This document shows, piece after piece, positions 54,698 through 62,855 of a stretch of DNA of 64,000 nt. Source of the stretch: Stenotrophomonas sp. (GTDB lineage Bacteria; Pseudomonadota; Gammaproteobacteria; Xanthomonadales; Xanthomonadaceae); NCBI GenBank assembly GCA_036566925.1, contig DATCVI010000061.1, positions 19,338 to 83,337 of the forward strand, written 5' to 3'. The position numbers and the translations under genes are program-made. Numbering within the stretch: the first letter of the stretch is position 1; every line of letters starts with the position of its first letter. Under the pieces are notes generated by a model, which searched no databases, was not told the origin of the DNA, and saw only the letters and a program-made list of their open reading frames with translations.

Positions 54698-57600
54698 TCA
54701 GGGCCCTGGCGTTTCGGTTTCCTGGAGTCCTGCCAGTTCGACGCACACGGCCCGGAGCGCTTGCATGAAGTCCTCGCAAGCCCGCCTGTGCAGACTCAAT
54801 GAGTCCAGCTCCAGCGCGCTGCTCAGGTCGCGCCCGGTCATTGCCAGCTGGTTATAGCCGAAGTATCCAAGTGCACCCGAAACGCGGTGGAGGCGGCGGG
54901 CGACTTCCAGCACATCGTCGCGCGAGAGTGCGCTTTCGATCTTCGTCATGTCATCGGCGGTGCTGTCCAGGAAAGTTCGCAGCAGCGGTTGCAGGTGATC
55001 GCCCAGGCGTTGACGCAGTTCATGCACGTGGCCGGCTGGGGCCCGTTGGACGGGATCGGCTATCCATTTCGCCAGGACGCGCGCGAGCTGGGCGAGGTTG
55101 ACGGGTTTGTGGATCTGTGCGTCCAGGTTGCCGGCGCCAGTGGTCAGGTGCACTTGGTCGAGCACGTTGGCGGTCATGGCAATGACCGGTATGCGACCTC
55201 CGCTGGACGCTTCGCGCTCGCGAATATGATTGGCCAGGGCATGCCCGTCCATCTTCGGCATGCTGATGTCAGTAAGGACCAGTGAAGGAGACATCTGGTC
55301 GAGGACAGCTAATGCGGCTTCGCCATTGTCGGCGATGACGTAGGGATATCCCAGTTCCTTCAATTGCAGTCCAATCAGTAGCTGGTTGGTCGGATGGTCT
55401 TCCACCACCAGGATCGGCGGCACGTTACGAGTCTGCGTTGCGCGCGAGACTTCGGAAGGGTGGGCCTGTCGAGTCGCAGGTTGCTCGAACAATGCGTGCA
55501 GCGTGCGCTGGAGTAGGTTGGGCACCAGCGGATCGATGGCGACATGATGCAGCGGCGCGGGGACGGTGGCATTGTGCGGTTGCAGGACAATCGCACGCAG
55601 TGTGCGGGGATCGCTGGAGGGCCCGGCGGGAATGCGATCGCCAATCCACACGTCCGGCAGCGTCAGGTCCGAATGGTTGACATCCATTCCCCAAGTGTCG
55701 AGCAGGCTGCGGACCGCTTCAGCCAGGGCCGGATCGGCGAGCTCCAGGTGCACCGTGCGGTTGACCAGGAAAGGGTCGGGCTGGGCATGGGGTCGCTTGA
55801 CTGGCAACTCGATGGTGACCGTCAAGCGGGTGCCGCGTCCTTCTTCGCTCTGGAGCGACAACTCGCCGGCCATGAGTTCGACCAGTTGCTTGCAGATCGA
55901 AAGGCCCAGGCCGGTGCCGCCGTAACGACGCGTCGGGGTGGCATCGGATTGGACGAACGGACGGAACAGCGATTCTTGCTGGCTGGCTGGAATGCCTACA
56001 CCGGTGTCGCTCACCGTAATCCGAATGCGCTGCAGTGTGTTGGCCGGCGGGGGCGAGGGCTGGTCCACTTCGACCTCGACCACCACTTGGCCCTCGTGGG
56101 TGAACTTGACGGCATTGCCCACCAGGTTGAGCAGCACCTGGCGCAGGCGGAAAGGGTCGCCGACATGCACCGCGGCCAGCCCCGGCGCCAGCGACATGCG
56201 CAATGACAGGCCCTTCTTCCGTGCCTGGGGCGCGAAGATTTCCAGGGCGGCGCCGACGATGTGCTGAATGTCGAGTTCAATTCTCTCCAGCCTGATCTCG
56301 CCGGCCTCGGCCTTGGAGAAGTCCAGGACATCATCGAGAATCTGCCGCAATGCGGCGGCGGAATCGGCACTGGTTGTCAGTAGTTGTCTTTGCGCCGGAT
56401 CCAGCGACGTGCGGCCGAGCAGTTCCAACAGACCGGACAATCCCGCCATCGGGGTTCGGATTTCGTGGCTCATGACGGCCAGGAAGTTGGCTTTGGCGGT
56501 GGCGGCGGCCACCGCAGCGGCACGGGCTTGTTCAAGCGCTTCGTTCTGCTCGTGCAGCCAGGTCGAATCGACCCAATAGCCGGACCAGTGAATCGCGCCG
56601 TCTTCGAGTTGGCGCGGCACGCCATTGAGCGAGATCCAGCGCAGCCCTTCGGCACCATTGGCGTGGAAGTCGTACAAAAGCGGGCTTAAGGCCTCGGCCG
56701 AAACCTTGAGCGCGGCCAGCAGGCCCGGCCGGTCGGCCTCCACCACGCGGCGGAGCAGGGCGCGGGCGTCATCGAGGATTTGCGCGCTCTCCAGGCCAAA
56801 CAGCGGCCTGGGGTTGCCGGCAACGTAGGTAAAGGCATACTCGCCGGCCCGCGAGCGACGCAGCTTGAACACGACCGCGGGCAGGTTGCGCGAGATTTCC
56901 CGCAACCGGATGTCGACCTCGCGACGACGCGCAATCTCGGCTCGCAGGCGCAAGTATGCCGCGACCAGCAGAGCGATGACGATCAGTGCCGCGGCGCTGC
57001 TCCACAGCACTACCGGCCGGGCGATGCCGTATTCGTAATCGACCTTGAGCCAGCGCTTGCGGATGTGCTGGCGGGTATCGTCGTCCATGCCCTCGACGAC
57101 ACGGTTGAGCAGCGGCACCAGCTTGGCATACGGCTCCCGCACTGCCAGCCCGACGCGATCGGCCAGTCCGGCCGGCGCGGCCACCTGCAGGCCATCGTAG
57201 CGGTGGTCGCGCAAGCTGTTGTCCACCGACGCCAGATTGCCCACATAGGCATCGGCGTCGCGTTGCATGACCTGGCGTAGGGCGTTGCTCTCGCTGGTTA
57301 CCGTAACGTGGGTTGGCTCGGGCAAACGGCGCGCCAGGCGCTCGGCCAGCCCAGGGTCGGAGACCAGGACTCGTTTGCCGGACAGATCGTCCAGGTCGGC
57401 GACAATATCGGTGTCGTAGCGTTTGACGATCACGCTGGGAAAGGTCACCAGCGGGCGCGTGAGATGCCACTGCGGCCCGTAGTCGGCATCGCTCACGGCT
57501 GGCGCGATGTCGGCTTTGCCGGCCATCACCAGTTCGCGCGCCTGGATCCAGTTGTGCGCGGGAACCACGACCACCCGCAGGCCCAGCTCGTCTTCCATGC

Positions 57601-58621
57601 GTTGCAGGTAGTCGCCGAGGATGCCGGACATGCGGCCGTCCTCGCCACGCACCGTCAGTGGCGCCCAGGTGGGATCGAAGGCGATCCTCAGCTCCGGCAA
57701 TGAAGCGACCCAACGTCGTTCCGCTTCGCTGAACAGCGGCGAGCTACCGGCCCACTGCATGCTCGGCTCGAACCAATGAGCCCGCATTCGCTTTCTTGCC
57801 TGTGGCGCGATGTCGGCCAGGGCGTGGTCCAGCGCGGCCGCCAGTTCTCCGCGGTCATTGGGCGTGGCGAAGTGCAAGGTGTTGGGGGGAAGGCGTGCAG
57901 GGCCCATCAGGGCGAGCCCCGGCTGCGGTTCGGCGCGCATATGTCGCGCCACCACATGGGGATCGCCGATATAAGCATCGGCGCGGCCGCTGGCGACTGC
58001 GGCCAGCGCGCTGCGCACGTCCGGCACCGTCAGGACCTGCCAGGTGGGGTGGATGTCGGTGAGCGTCTTGCTCAGGAAGTGCCCATCCTCGATCGCCACG
58101 CGCAGGTTGGGTGGGGGCGGCTGAAGGCGATCGGCCTCCTCCCGGCGTCCCACCATGGCGGGGTGCACGGTCTCGTAGGCGTGGGTGTAGGCCAGGCAGC
58201 GCGTGCGCTGAGCGGTGATCGATACGCTCATCAGCACGTCCACCTCGCCCCTGCAAGCCGCCTCCAGCAGAGTGGGCCAGTCGGCATAGATGCGGGGTCG
58301 CAAGCCAATGCCCAGGCGCGTAGCTATCGCCTTCAAGTAGTCGTAGGACAAGCCGTCGAGCCGTCCCTTGGACTGGATTTCGTAGGGCGGCCAACCGGCC
58401 GTCGTGCTGCCGACCGTGATGATGGGATGCTTGTTCAGCCATTTTCGCTCGCGCGAACTTAATTCAAACGAGGCCATGGCCTCGGCGCGAGATGTTGTGG
58501 CCTCCGCTTGGGCTGGAGATGGCGCGGCACGCCGCGCAGCGAGGGCAGCAGTGCCGCCCGCCCATGCAAGCACCAGCAGCAGGCCCGCTACTATTTTGAC
58601 CGCGTGCGCCGAGCGGCCCAT
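54698..58621 (-). CDS. BvgS/EvgS-like hybrid sensor histidine kinase (2 periplasmic SBP_bac_3 domains-TM-PAS-HisKA-HATPase-REC-HPt)
   Basis: 1307 aa with a signal/TM N-terminus and two solute-binding (Venus-flytrap) domains. TM IVIALLVAAYL, PAS, H-box SHEIRTPMAG, G-box GTGLGLSICK, receiver ILVVEDHPTNQ...LVLTDISMPKMDG, and C-terminal HPt (RRLHRVSGALGYFG). Confidence 0.92.
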   Translation of the reverse strand: MGRSAHAVKIVAGLLLVLAWAGGTAALAARRAAPSPAQAEATTSRAEAMASFELSSRERKWLNKHPIITVGSTTAGWPPYEIQSKGRLDGLSYDYLKAIATRLGIGLRPRIYADWPTLLEAACRGEVDVLMSVSITAQRTRCLAYTHAYETVHPAMVGRREEADRLQPPPPNLRVAIEDGHFLSKTLTDIHPTWQVLTVPDVRSALAAVASGRADAYIGDPHVVARHMRAEPQPGLALMGPARLPPNTLHFATPNDRGELAAALDHALADIAPQARKRMRAHWFEPSMQWAGSSPLFSEAERRWVASLPELRIAFDPTWAPLTVRGEDGRMSGILGDYLQRMEDELGLRVVVVPAHNWIQARELVMAGKADIAPAVSDADYGPQWHLTRPLVTFPSVIVKRYDTDIVADLDDLSGKRVLVSDPGLAERLARRLPEPTHVTVTSESNALRQVMQRDADAYVGNLASVDNSLRDHRYDGLQVAAPAGLADRVGLAVREPYAKLVPLLNRVVEGMDDDTRQHIRKRWLKVDYEYGIARPVVLWSSAAALIVIALLVAAYLRLRAEIARRREVDIRLREISRNLPAVVFKLRRSRAGEYAFTYVAGNPRPLFGLESAQILDDARALLRRVVEADRPGLLAALKVSAEALSPLLYDFHANGAEGLRWISLNGVPRQLEDGAIHWSGYWVDSTWLHEQNEALEQARAAAVAAATAKANFLAVMSHEIRTPMAGLSGLLELLGRTSLDPAQRQLLTTSADSAAALRQILDDVLDFSKAEAGEIRLERIELDIQHIVGAALEIFAPQARKKGLSLRMSLAPGLAAVHVGDPFRLRQVLLNLVGNAVKFTHEGQVVVEVEVDQPSPPPANTLQRIRITVSDTGVGIPASQQESLFRPFVQSDATPTRRYGGTGLGLSICKQLVELMAGELSLQSEEGRGTRLTVTIELPVKRPHAQPDPFLVNRTVHLELADPALAEAVRSLLDTWGMDVNHSDLTLPDVWIGDRIPAGPSSDPRTLRAIVLQPHNATVPAPLHHVAIDPLVPNLLQRTLHALFEQPATRQAHPSEVSRATQTRNVPPILVVEDHPTNQLLIGLQLKELGYPYVIADNGEAALAVLDQMSPSLVLTDISMPKMDGHALANHIREREASSGGRIPVIAMTANVLDQVHLTTGAGNLDAQIHKPVNLAQLARVLAKWIADPVQRAPAGHVHELRQRLGDHLQPLLRTFLDSTADDMTKIESALSRDDVLEVARRLHRVSGALGYFGYNQLAMTGRDLSSALELDSLSLHRRACEDFMQALRAVCVELAGLQETETPGP

Positions 58622-58627
58622 GTCGGC

Positions 58628-59281
58628 TCAGCCCAGCCAACCCTGCGCGCGCACGTATTCGAACAACGCCGCGTCTGTGGATAGGCCCAACTTGCGCATC
58701 GCGTCCTTCTTCTGTTTGCTCACCGTCTTGGTACCGCTGCCCAGTCTTTCCGCCACTTCGCTCGGGGTGGCGCCCAGCGCAAGCATGCGCACCACCTCGG
58801 TTTCGCGCGGGGACAGGCGCGGCGGCGGGACCGCTTCGCTGCCGGGCTGGTGCAGCAGCGCCAGCTTGCTGCGGAAGCTGGCGCTGACGAAGCGGCGTCG
58901 CCGCGACGCAGACAGGATCGCGGTCGGCAGTTCGTCCATCGAAGAACTCTTGTCGACCACGGCAAGAACGCCGTGCGCGAGCAATATCTGGATCATGCCG
59001 GGGTTGGCCATCATCGTTAGCACCACGATGGGCATCAGCGGGTAGCGGCGCCGGACCTCGGAGATCAGTGCCAGTCCATCGGCACCACCGGCGTCGGGCA
59101 TGGAATAGTCGGTGACCAGAACATCACAAACCGTATCGGCGAGTCGGTCGTACGCTTCGTTGACCGAGCTGGCCTCGGCGGCCACCTGCAGTTGTGGAAC
59201 GGATTTGAGAACAGCACGCACGCCGGCGAGCACGACGGGATGGTCGTCGGCGACGATGACGTTGAGGGCCTGCGTTTCCAT
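58628..59281 (-). CDS. NarL/FixJ (LuxR)-family response regulator, BvgA/EvgA-like
   Basis: METQALNVIVADDHPVV..., phospho-acceptor context VLVTDYSMPD, VVLT and VVDKS. C-terminal LuxR HTH (LSPRETEVVRMLALGATPSEVAERLGSGTKTVSKQK). SD AAGGTG precedes ATG 59281. The stop lies 6 nt before the kinase start. Confidence 0.92.
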   Translation of the reverse strand: METQALNVIVADDHPVVLAGVRAVLKSVPQLQVAAEASSVNEAYDRLADTVCDVLVTDYSMPDAGGADGLALISEVRRRYPLMPIVVLTMMANPGMIQILLAHGVLAVVDKSSSMDELPTAILSASRRRRFVSASFRSKLALLHQPGSEAVPPPRLSPRETEVVRMLALGATPSEVAERLGSGTKTVSKQKKDAMRKLGLSTDAALFEYVRAQGWLG

Positions 59282-59447
59282 TGAGTCACCTTGAATCGAC
59301 ATGGCCGGGAACCCGGCACATTGAGAGGTGGCCACCACCCACCGCGCTCAACGAAGCAGCAAACGCTAGGTAATGGTGGCTGCCATAGCCGGACTGCAGG
59401 ATCATGAATAGCCCAAGCTGAAAACTCAGTCTCTGCTTCGAGATTAC

Positions 59448-59463
59448 ATGCGATATATCGCAT
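59448..59463. promoter_or_regulatory. 7-2-7' palindrome ATGCGAT-AT-ATCGCAT (site 2)
   Basis: A perfect 16-bp palindrome in the response-regulator/aqpZ divergent intergenic region. It is immediately followed on the plus strand by the extended -10-like TGTAATAAT (59464-59472). Confidence 0.5.
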
Positions 59464-59564
59464 TGTAATAATGCAGTTTCTGATTGCGTGAATGCCGAAA
59501 GCGGGTTGCGGCGACCGGCATTGCGGGTGCGTGTGAACACGCCCGTGAAAAGGGTGCGCCGAGC

Positions 59565-59580
59565 ATGCGATTCATCGCAT
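59565..59580. promoter_or_regulatory. 7-2-7' palindrome ATGCGAT-TC-ATCGCAT (site 3)
   Basis: It lies 22 nt upstream of a -10-like TTCAAT (59603-59608) and 99 nt upstream of the aqpZ ATG. The spacing to the -10 is the same as at site 1. Confidence 0.5.
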
Positions 59581-59678
59581 GGAGCTCAGCGTGGTCGCTT
59601 CGTTCAATACCGGTTCCCGTCGCGGACCGCCAGCTTTGCTTGCGCGGTTGCCGAGCGACGCTATCGAGAACGAAGTCC

Positions 59679-60422
59679 ATGCAAAGTTTGACGAGCAAGT
59701 GTGCGGCCGAGTGCCTGGGAACTTTCTGGCTGGTACTTGGCGGATGCGGCAGTGCCGTTTTCGCCGCACACGCCGGCGGTGATTTCAATCCAATGGGATT
59801 GGGCTACCTGGGCGTCTCGCTGGCGTTCGGCCTGGCGGTCGCAACCGCGGCGTTCGCCTTCGGCGCCGTATCCGGCGGCCACTTCAATCCGGCAGTGAGC
59901 TTCGGCCTGTGGATCGGCGGGCGGTTCTGCGGCCGGCACTTGCCCGCCTATGTGGCCAGCCAGGTCGCAGGTGGCCTGCTGGCAGGTTCGCTGCTGTGCG
60001 TGATTGCCAGTGCCAGCCCGGACTACATGCCGCCTGACGGCGCCGGTGCATTCGCCACCAATGGCTTCGGCGCGTTTTCACCCGGCGGCTATCCGATGGA
60101 AGCGGCCTTCCTCGCCGAATCGGTGCTGACGGCGGTATTCGTCTACGTGATCCTCGCAGTGACCCGTCCGGGGGCACCGGTGGGTTGGGCGCCGTTGGCG
60201 ATCGGCGCGACCCTTGCGCTGATCCACATGATTTCCATCCCGATCACCAATACTTCGGTCAACCCGGCTCGTTCCAGCGCTGTGGCCGCTTTCGTCGGCG
60301 CCAGCGCAGGGCATGCGCCATTGCACCAGCTCTGGCTCTTCTGGGTGGCGCCATGCCTCGGTGCGTTGGCCGGCGCGGTGGTGTACCGCGCCATCAATGT
60401 CGAGCGGATGGAGCGGCCGTGA
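59679..60422 (+). CDS. aqpZ: aquaporin Z
   Basis: MQSLTSKCAAECLGTFWLVLGGCGSAVF, with two NPA boxes (HFNPAVS, SVNPARS). Internal ATG of track ORF 59484..60422. Confidence 0.95.
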   Translation: MQSLTSKCAAECLGTFWLVLGGCGSAVFAAHAGGDFNPMGLGYLGVSLAFGLAVATAAFAFGAVSGGHFNPAVSFGLWIGGRFCGRHLPAYVASQVAGGLLAGSLLCVIASASPDYMPPDGAGAFATNGFGAFSPGGYPMEAAFLAESVLTAVFVYVILAVTRPGAPVGWAPLAIGATLALIHMISIPITNTSVNPARSSAVAAFVGASAGHAPLHQLWLFWVAPCLGALAGAVVYRAINVERMERP

Positions 60423-60583
60423 CCTCGCCACGCTTGAGCACATTCGTGGTCGCACTGCTGCTGGGCCTTGCGGGTCTGGCGGCGCGGATCGGCTACCTGA
60501 GCTGGCTGGAACCGGTGTCATTCGGCTTGCTGGCGGTGGGCTATCTGCTCCTCACGCTGGGCGTACTCGTGCCTCGCCTGTAG
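60419..60583 (+). CDS. putative small two-TM membrane protein (54 aa)
   Basis: GTG 60419 overlaps the aqpZ stop (GTGA). VTSPRLSTFVVALLLGLAGLAARIGYLSWLEPVSFGLLAVGYLLLTLGVLVPRL contains two hydrophobic helices. Confidence 0.4.
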   Translation: MTSPRLSTFVVALLLGLAGLAARIGYLSWLEPVSFGLLAVGYLLLTLGVLVPRL

Positions 60584-60604
60584 CCGCTTCGTAGGAAGTT
60601 ACAT

Positions 60605-61360
60605 ATGCGTATCCTTGTCATCGAATCGCGTCGGGACGTTTCCGTTCCATTGGTCAATCATCTCGAGAGTGTTCGACATTGCGTGGATTTCGCGGCCGAC
60701 GAATTGCTGGCCGCCCACCTGCTGTGTACCAACCGCTTCGACGCCATCGTCCTGGCCGAGCGCCTGCTGGACCAATGTGGCCTGAGAGCGCTGGAGCGGC
60801 TGCGGCAATTGATGCGCAAGCAGCTGCCGGTGCTCATGCTCGGGGCCCAGGGTTCCTCGGTGCCTCGCCTGGGCGATGGCGTCGGGCCGGACGACTACCT
60901 GGTGCCGCCTTATTCGCTCGATGCGATCACCGGCCGGCTGGGGATCCTGCGGCGACGGCGAGGCAAGAGCAGGGCCCAGTTGCGGATCGGCGACCTGATC
61001 TTTGACCTCACGGTTCAGCAGGTCACCCGGCAAGGGCAGGCCTTGCGGATCGATCCGACGCTGCTGTCGATGTTGCAGGCGCTGATGGAGGCGTCGCCCA
61101 AGCGGGTGTCGTTCCGAGAGTTGGGCAGTTGCCTTTCCGACGAGCCGACGCCGGTGGCGGAGGCCAGGGTGCGCGTGCGCATGCGCGCCTTGCGCGATTT
61201 GCTCGATCGGCCTTTCGATTTGCCGATGATCCGCAATCGCCGCGACGGCTTTTGCATCCTGCCGCCGGACGGCAAGGTGGTGTCCGCGGCGCAGACTGCT
61301 GGGTCGAGCAGGGACCACGCCGCATCGCGGCGTAGCGGTACGGCGCTCCACGTTTCCTGA
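60605..61360 (+). CDS. orphan OmpR/PhoB-family winged-helix regulator with a degenerate (pseudo-)receiver domain
   Basis: MRILVIESRR (DD->ES), AIVLAERLL (phospho-Asp->Ala), PVLMLGAQG (Thr->Gly), GPDDYLVPPY (Lys->Pro). The C-terminal trans_reg_C-like domain reads LRIGDLIFDLTVQQVTRQGQALRIDPTLLSMLQALME..., RNRRDGFCIL. Confidence 0.8.
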   Translation: MRILVIESRRDVSVPLVNHLESVRHCVDFAADELLAAHLLCTNRFDAIVLAERLLDQCGLRALERLRQLMRKQLPVLMLGAQGSSVPRLGDGVGPDDYLVPPYSLDAITGRLGILRRRRGKSRAQLRIGDLIFDLTVQQVTRQGQALRIDPTLLSMLQALMEASPKRVSFRELGSCLSDEPTPVAEARVRVRMRALRDLLDRPFDLPMIRNRRDGFCILPPDGKVVSAAQTAGSSRDHAASRRSGTALHVS

Positions 61361-61500
61361 AGCGTCGCCGATGGCTGGGGTCGTCGGCGGCCCCAGTGCG
61401 GAAATTTCCAATGGCGGTGCCGAGGGGCGCTCGCCGATGATGGAATTGGCTTTGGAATGGCCGTCGGGGCTCGCCCCGATCTGGCAAGGGAGTGTCGCTC

Positions 61501-61535
61501 GGCGCCTGTCGGTTCACGTTCCGCCGACAGGCGCC
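61501..61535 (+). terminator. perfect 12-bp hairpin (possible terminator of the OmpR-like gene)
   Basis: GGCGCCTGTCGG (61501-61512) pairs with CCGACAGGCGCC (61524-61535) and is followed by GATTTGG. The U-tract is weak. Confidence 0.4.
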
Positions 61536-61587
61536 GATTTGGCCGGGCCGTTTCCAGGGCCGACCGCCGTCGCGGCAAAGCCGGATT

Positions 61588-61596
61588 TGTTAGAAT
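61588..61596 (+). promoter_or_regulatory. extended -10-like element TGtTAGAAT upstream of prfB
   Basis: TG at 61588-61589 and TAGAAT at 61591-61596, about 32 nt before the prfB ATG. Confidence 0.35.
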
Positions 61597-61627
61597 CGCG
61601 GTTTCCTTGATCGAATCTGCCACGGAC

Positions 61628-62753
61628 ATGATGGAACTCAATCCCGTCCGCCAGCGCATCGCCGACCTGAAGGGTCGGCTGGATGCGCTCAGGGGGTACC
61701 TTTGACTACGACAGCAAGGTCGAACGTCTCGAAGAAGTAAACCGGGAGCTGGAAAGCCCCGACATCTGGAACAACGCCGAACGCGCCCAGGCGCTGGGCC
61801 GTGAGCGTTCCTCGCTGGAAAAGGTCGTCATCGGCATCCGCACCCTGACCGATGGGCTCACCGGTGGCGAGGAGCTGCTGGAATTGGCCGAGATGGAAGG
61901 CGACCAGTCGACCGTCGATGCGGTCATCGCCGACGTCGAGCGCCATGCCCGCGATGTGGAGAAGCTGGAGTTCCAGCGCATGTTCTCCGGGCAGATGGAT
62001 AGCGCCAATGCGTTTGTCGACATCCAGGCCGGTGCCGGTGGTACCGAGGCCCAGGACTGGGCCGAAATCCTGCTGCGCATGTACCTGCGCTGGGCCGAAT
62101 CGCGCGGCTGGAAGACCGAATTGCTGGAAGTGTCCGGCGGTGAAGTGGCCGGCATCAAGTCGGCGACCTTCCGCGTGGAAGGCGACTTCGCTTATGGCTG
62201 GCTGAAGACCGAGACCGGCGTGCACCGGCTGGTGCGCAAGTCGCCGTTCGACTCGGACAACCGCCGCCACACCAGTTTCACCTCGCTGTTCGTGTCGCCG
62301 GAAGTCGACGACAAGATCGATATCCAGATCAATCCGGCTGACCTGCGCACCGACGTCTACCGTTCTTCGGGCGCCGGCGGCCAGCACGTCAACAAGACCG
62401 AATCGGCGGTGCGCATCACCCACGTGCCCACCAACATCGTCGTCGCCTGCCAGACCGAGCGCAGCCAGCACGCCAACCGCGACCGCGCCATGAAGATGCT
62501 CGCGGCCAAGTTGTACGAGCTGGAGATTTCAAAGCGCAACGCCGAGAAGGACGCAGTGGAAGCCACCAAGTCAGATATCGGCTGGGGCAGCCAGATTCGC
62601 AACTACGTGCTCGACCAGAGCCGGATCAAGGATCTGCGTACCGGCATCGAGCGCAGCGATACCCAGAAAGTGCTGGATGGCGATCTCGATGAATTCATCG
62701 AGGCCAGCCTCAAGTCCGGCCTGGAAGTCGGCGCCAAACGCATCGACGCCTGA
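61628..62753 (+). CDS. prfB: peptide chain release factor 2 (two frames joined by a programmed +1 frameshift: 61628..61702 + 61704..62753)
   Basis: ORF0 [25 protein letters not shown] ends at the in-frame TGA 61703-61705. The +1 frame continues [11 protein letters not shown]... and carries SPF (KSPFDS) and GGQ ([10 protein letters not shown]). Confidence 0.96.
61691..61706 (+). promoter_or_regulatory. prfB programmed +1 frameshift site
   Basis: SD-like AGGGGG (61691-61696), then TAC, then the slippery/stop motif CTT TGA C (61700-61706), as in E. coli prfB. Confidence 0.93.
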
Positions 62754-62855
62754 CCCCGCGGGCGCATCGCGCGCCCGCCTGGCCGGTGGCTGTTCCGCTA
62801 CCGGCCCGCTACTCTCGCTACGTCCCCCTACGACTCTTTCCCAAGCCAATCCGCC

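Noticed and set aside
52226-61627. A classical genomic-island or defence-island interpretation of the recJ-prfB block
   Set aside because: No integrase, transposase, tRNA attachment site, flanking direct repeats, nucleases, ATPases or other defence-type domains are visible. The content is signalling and envelope genes.
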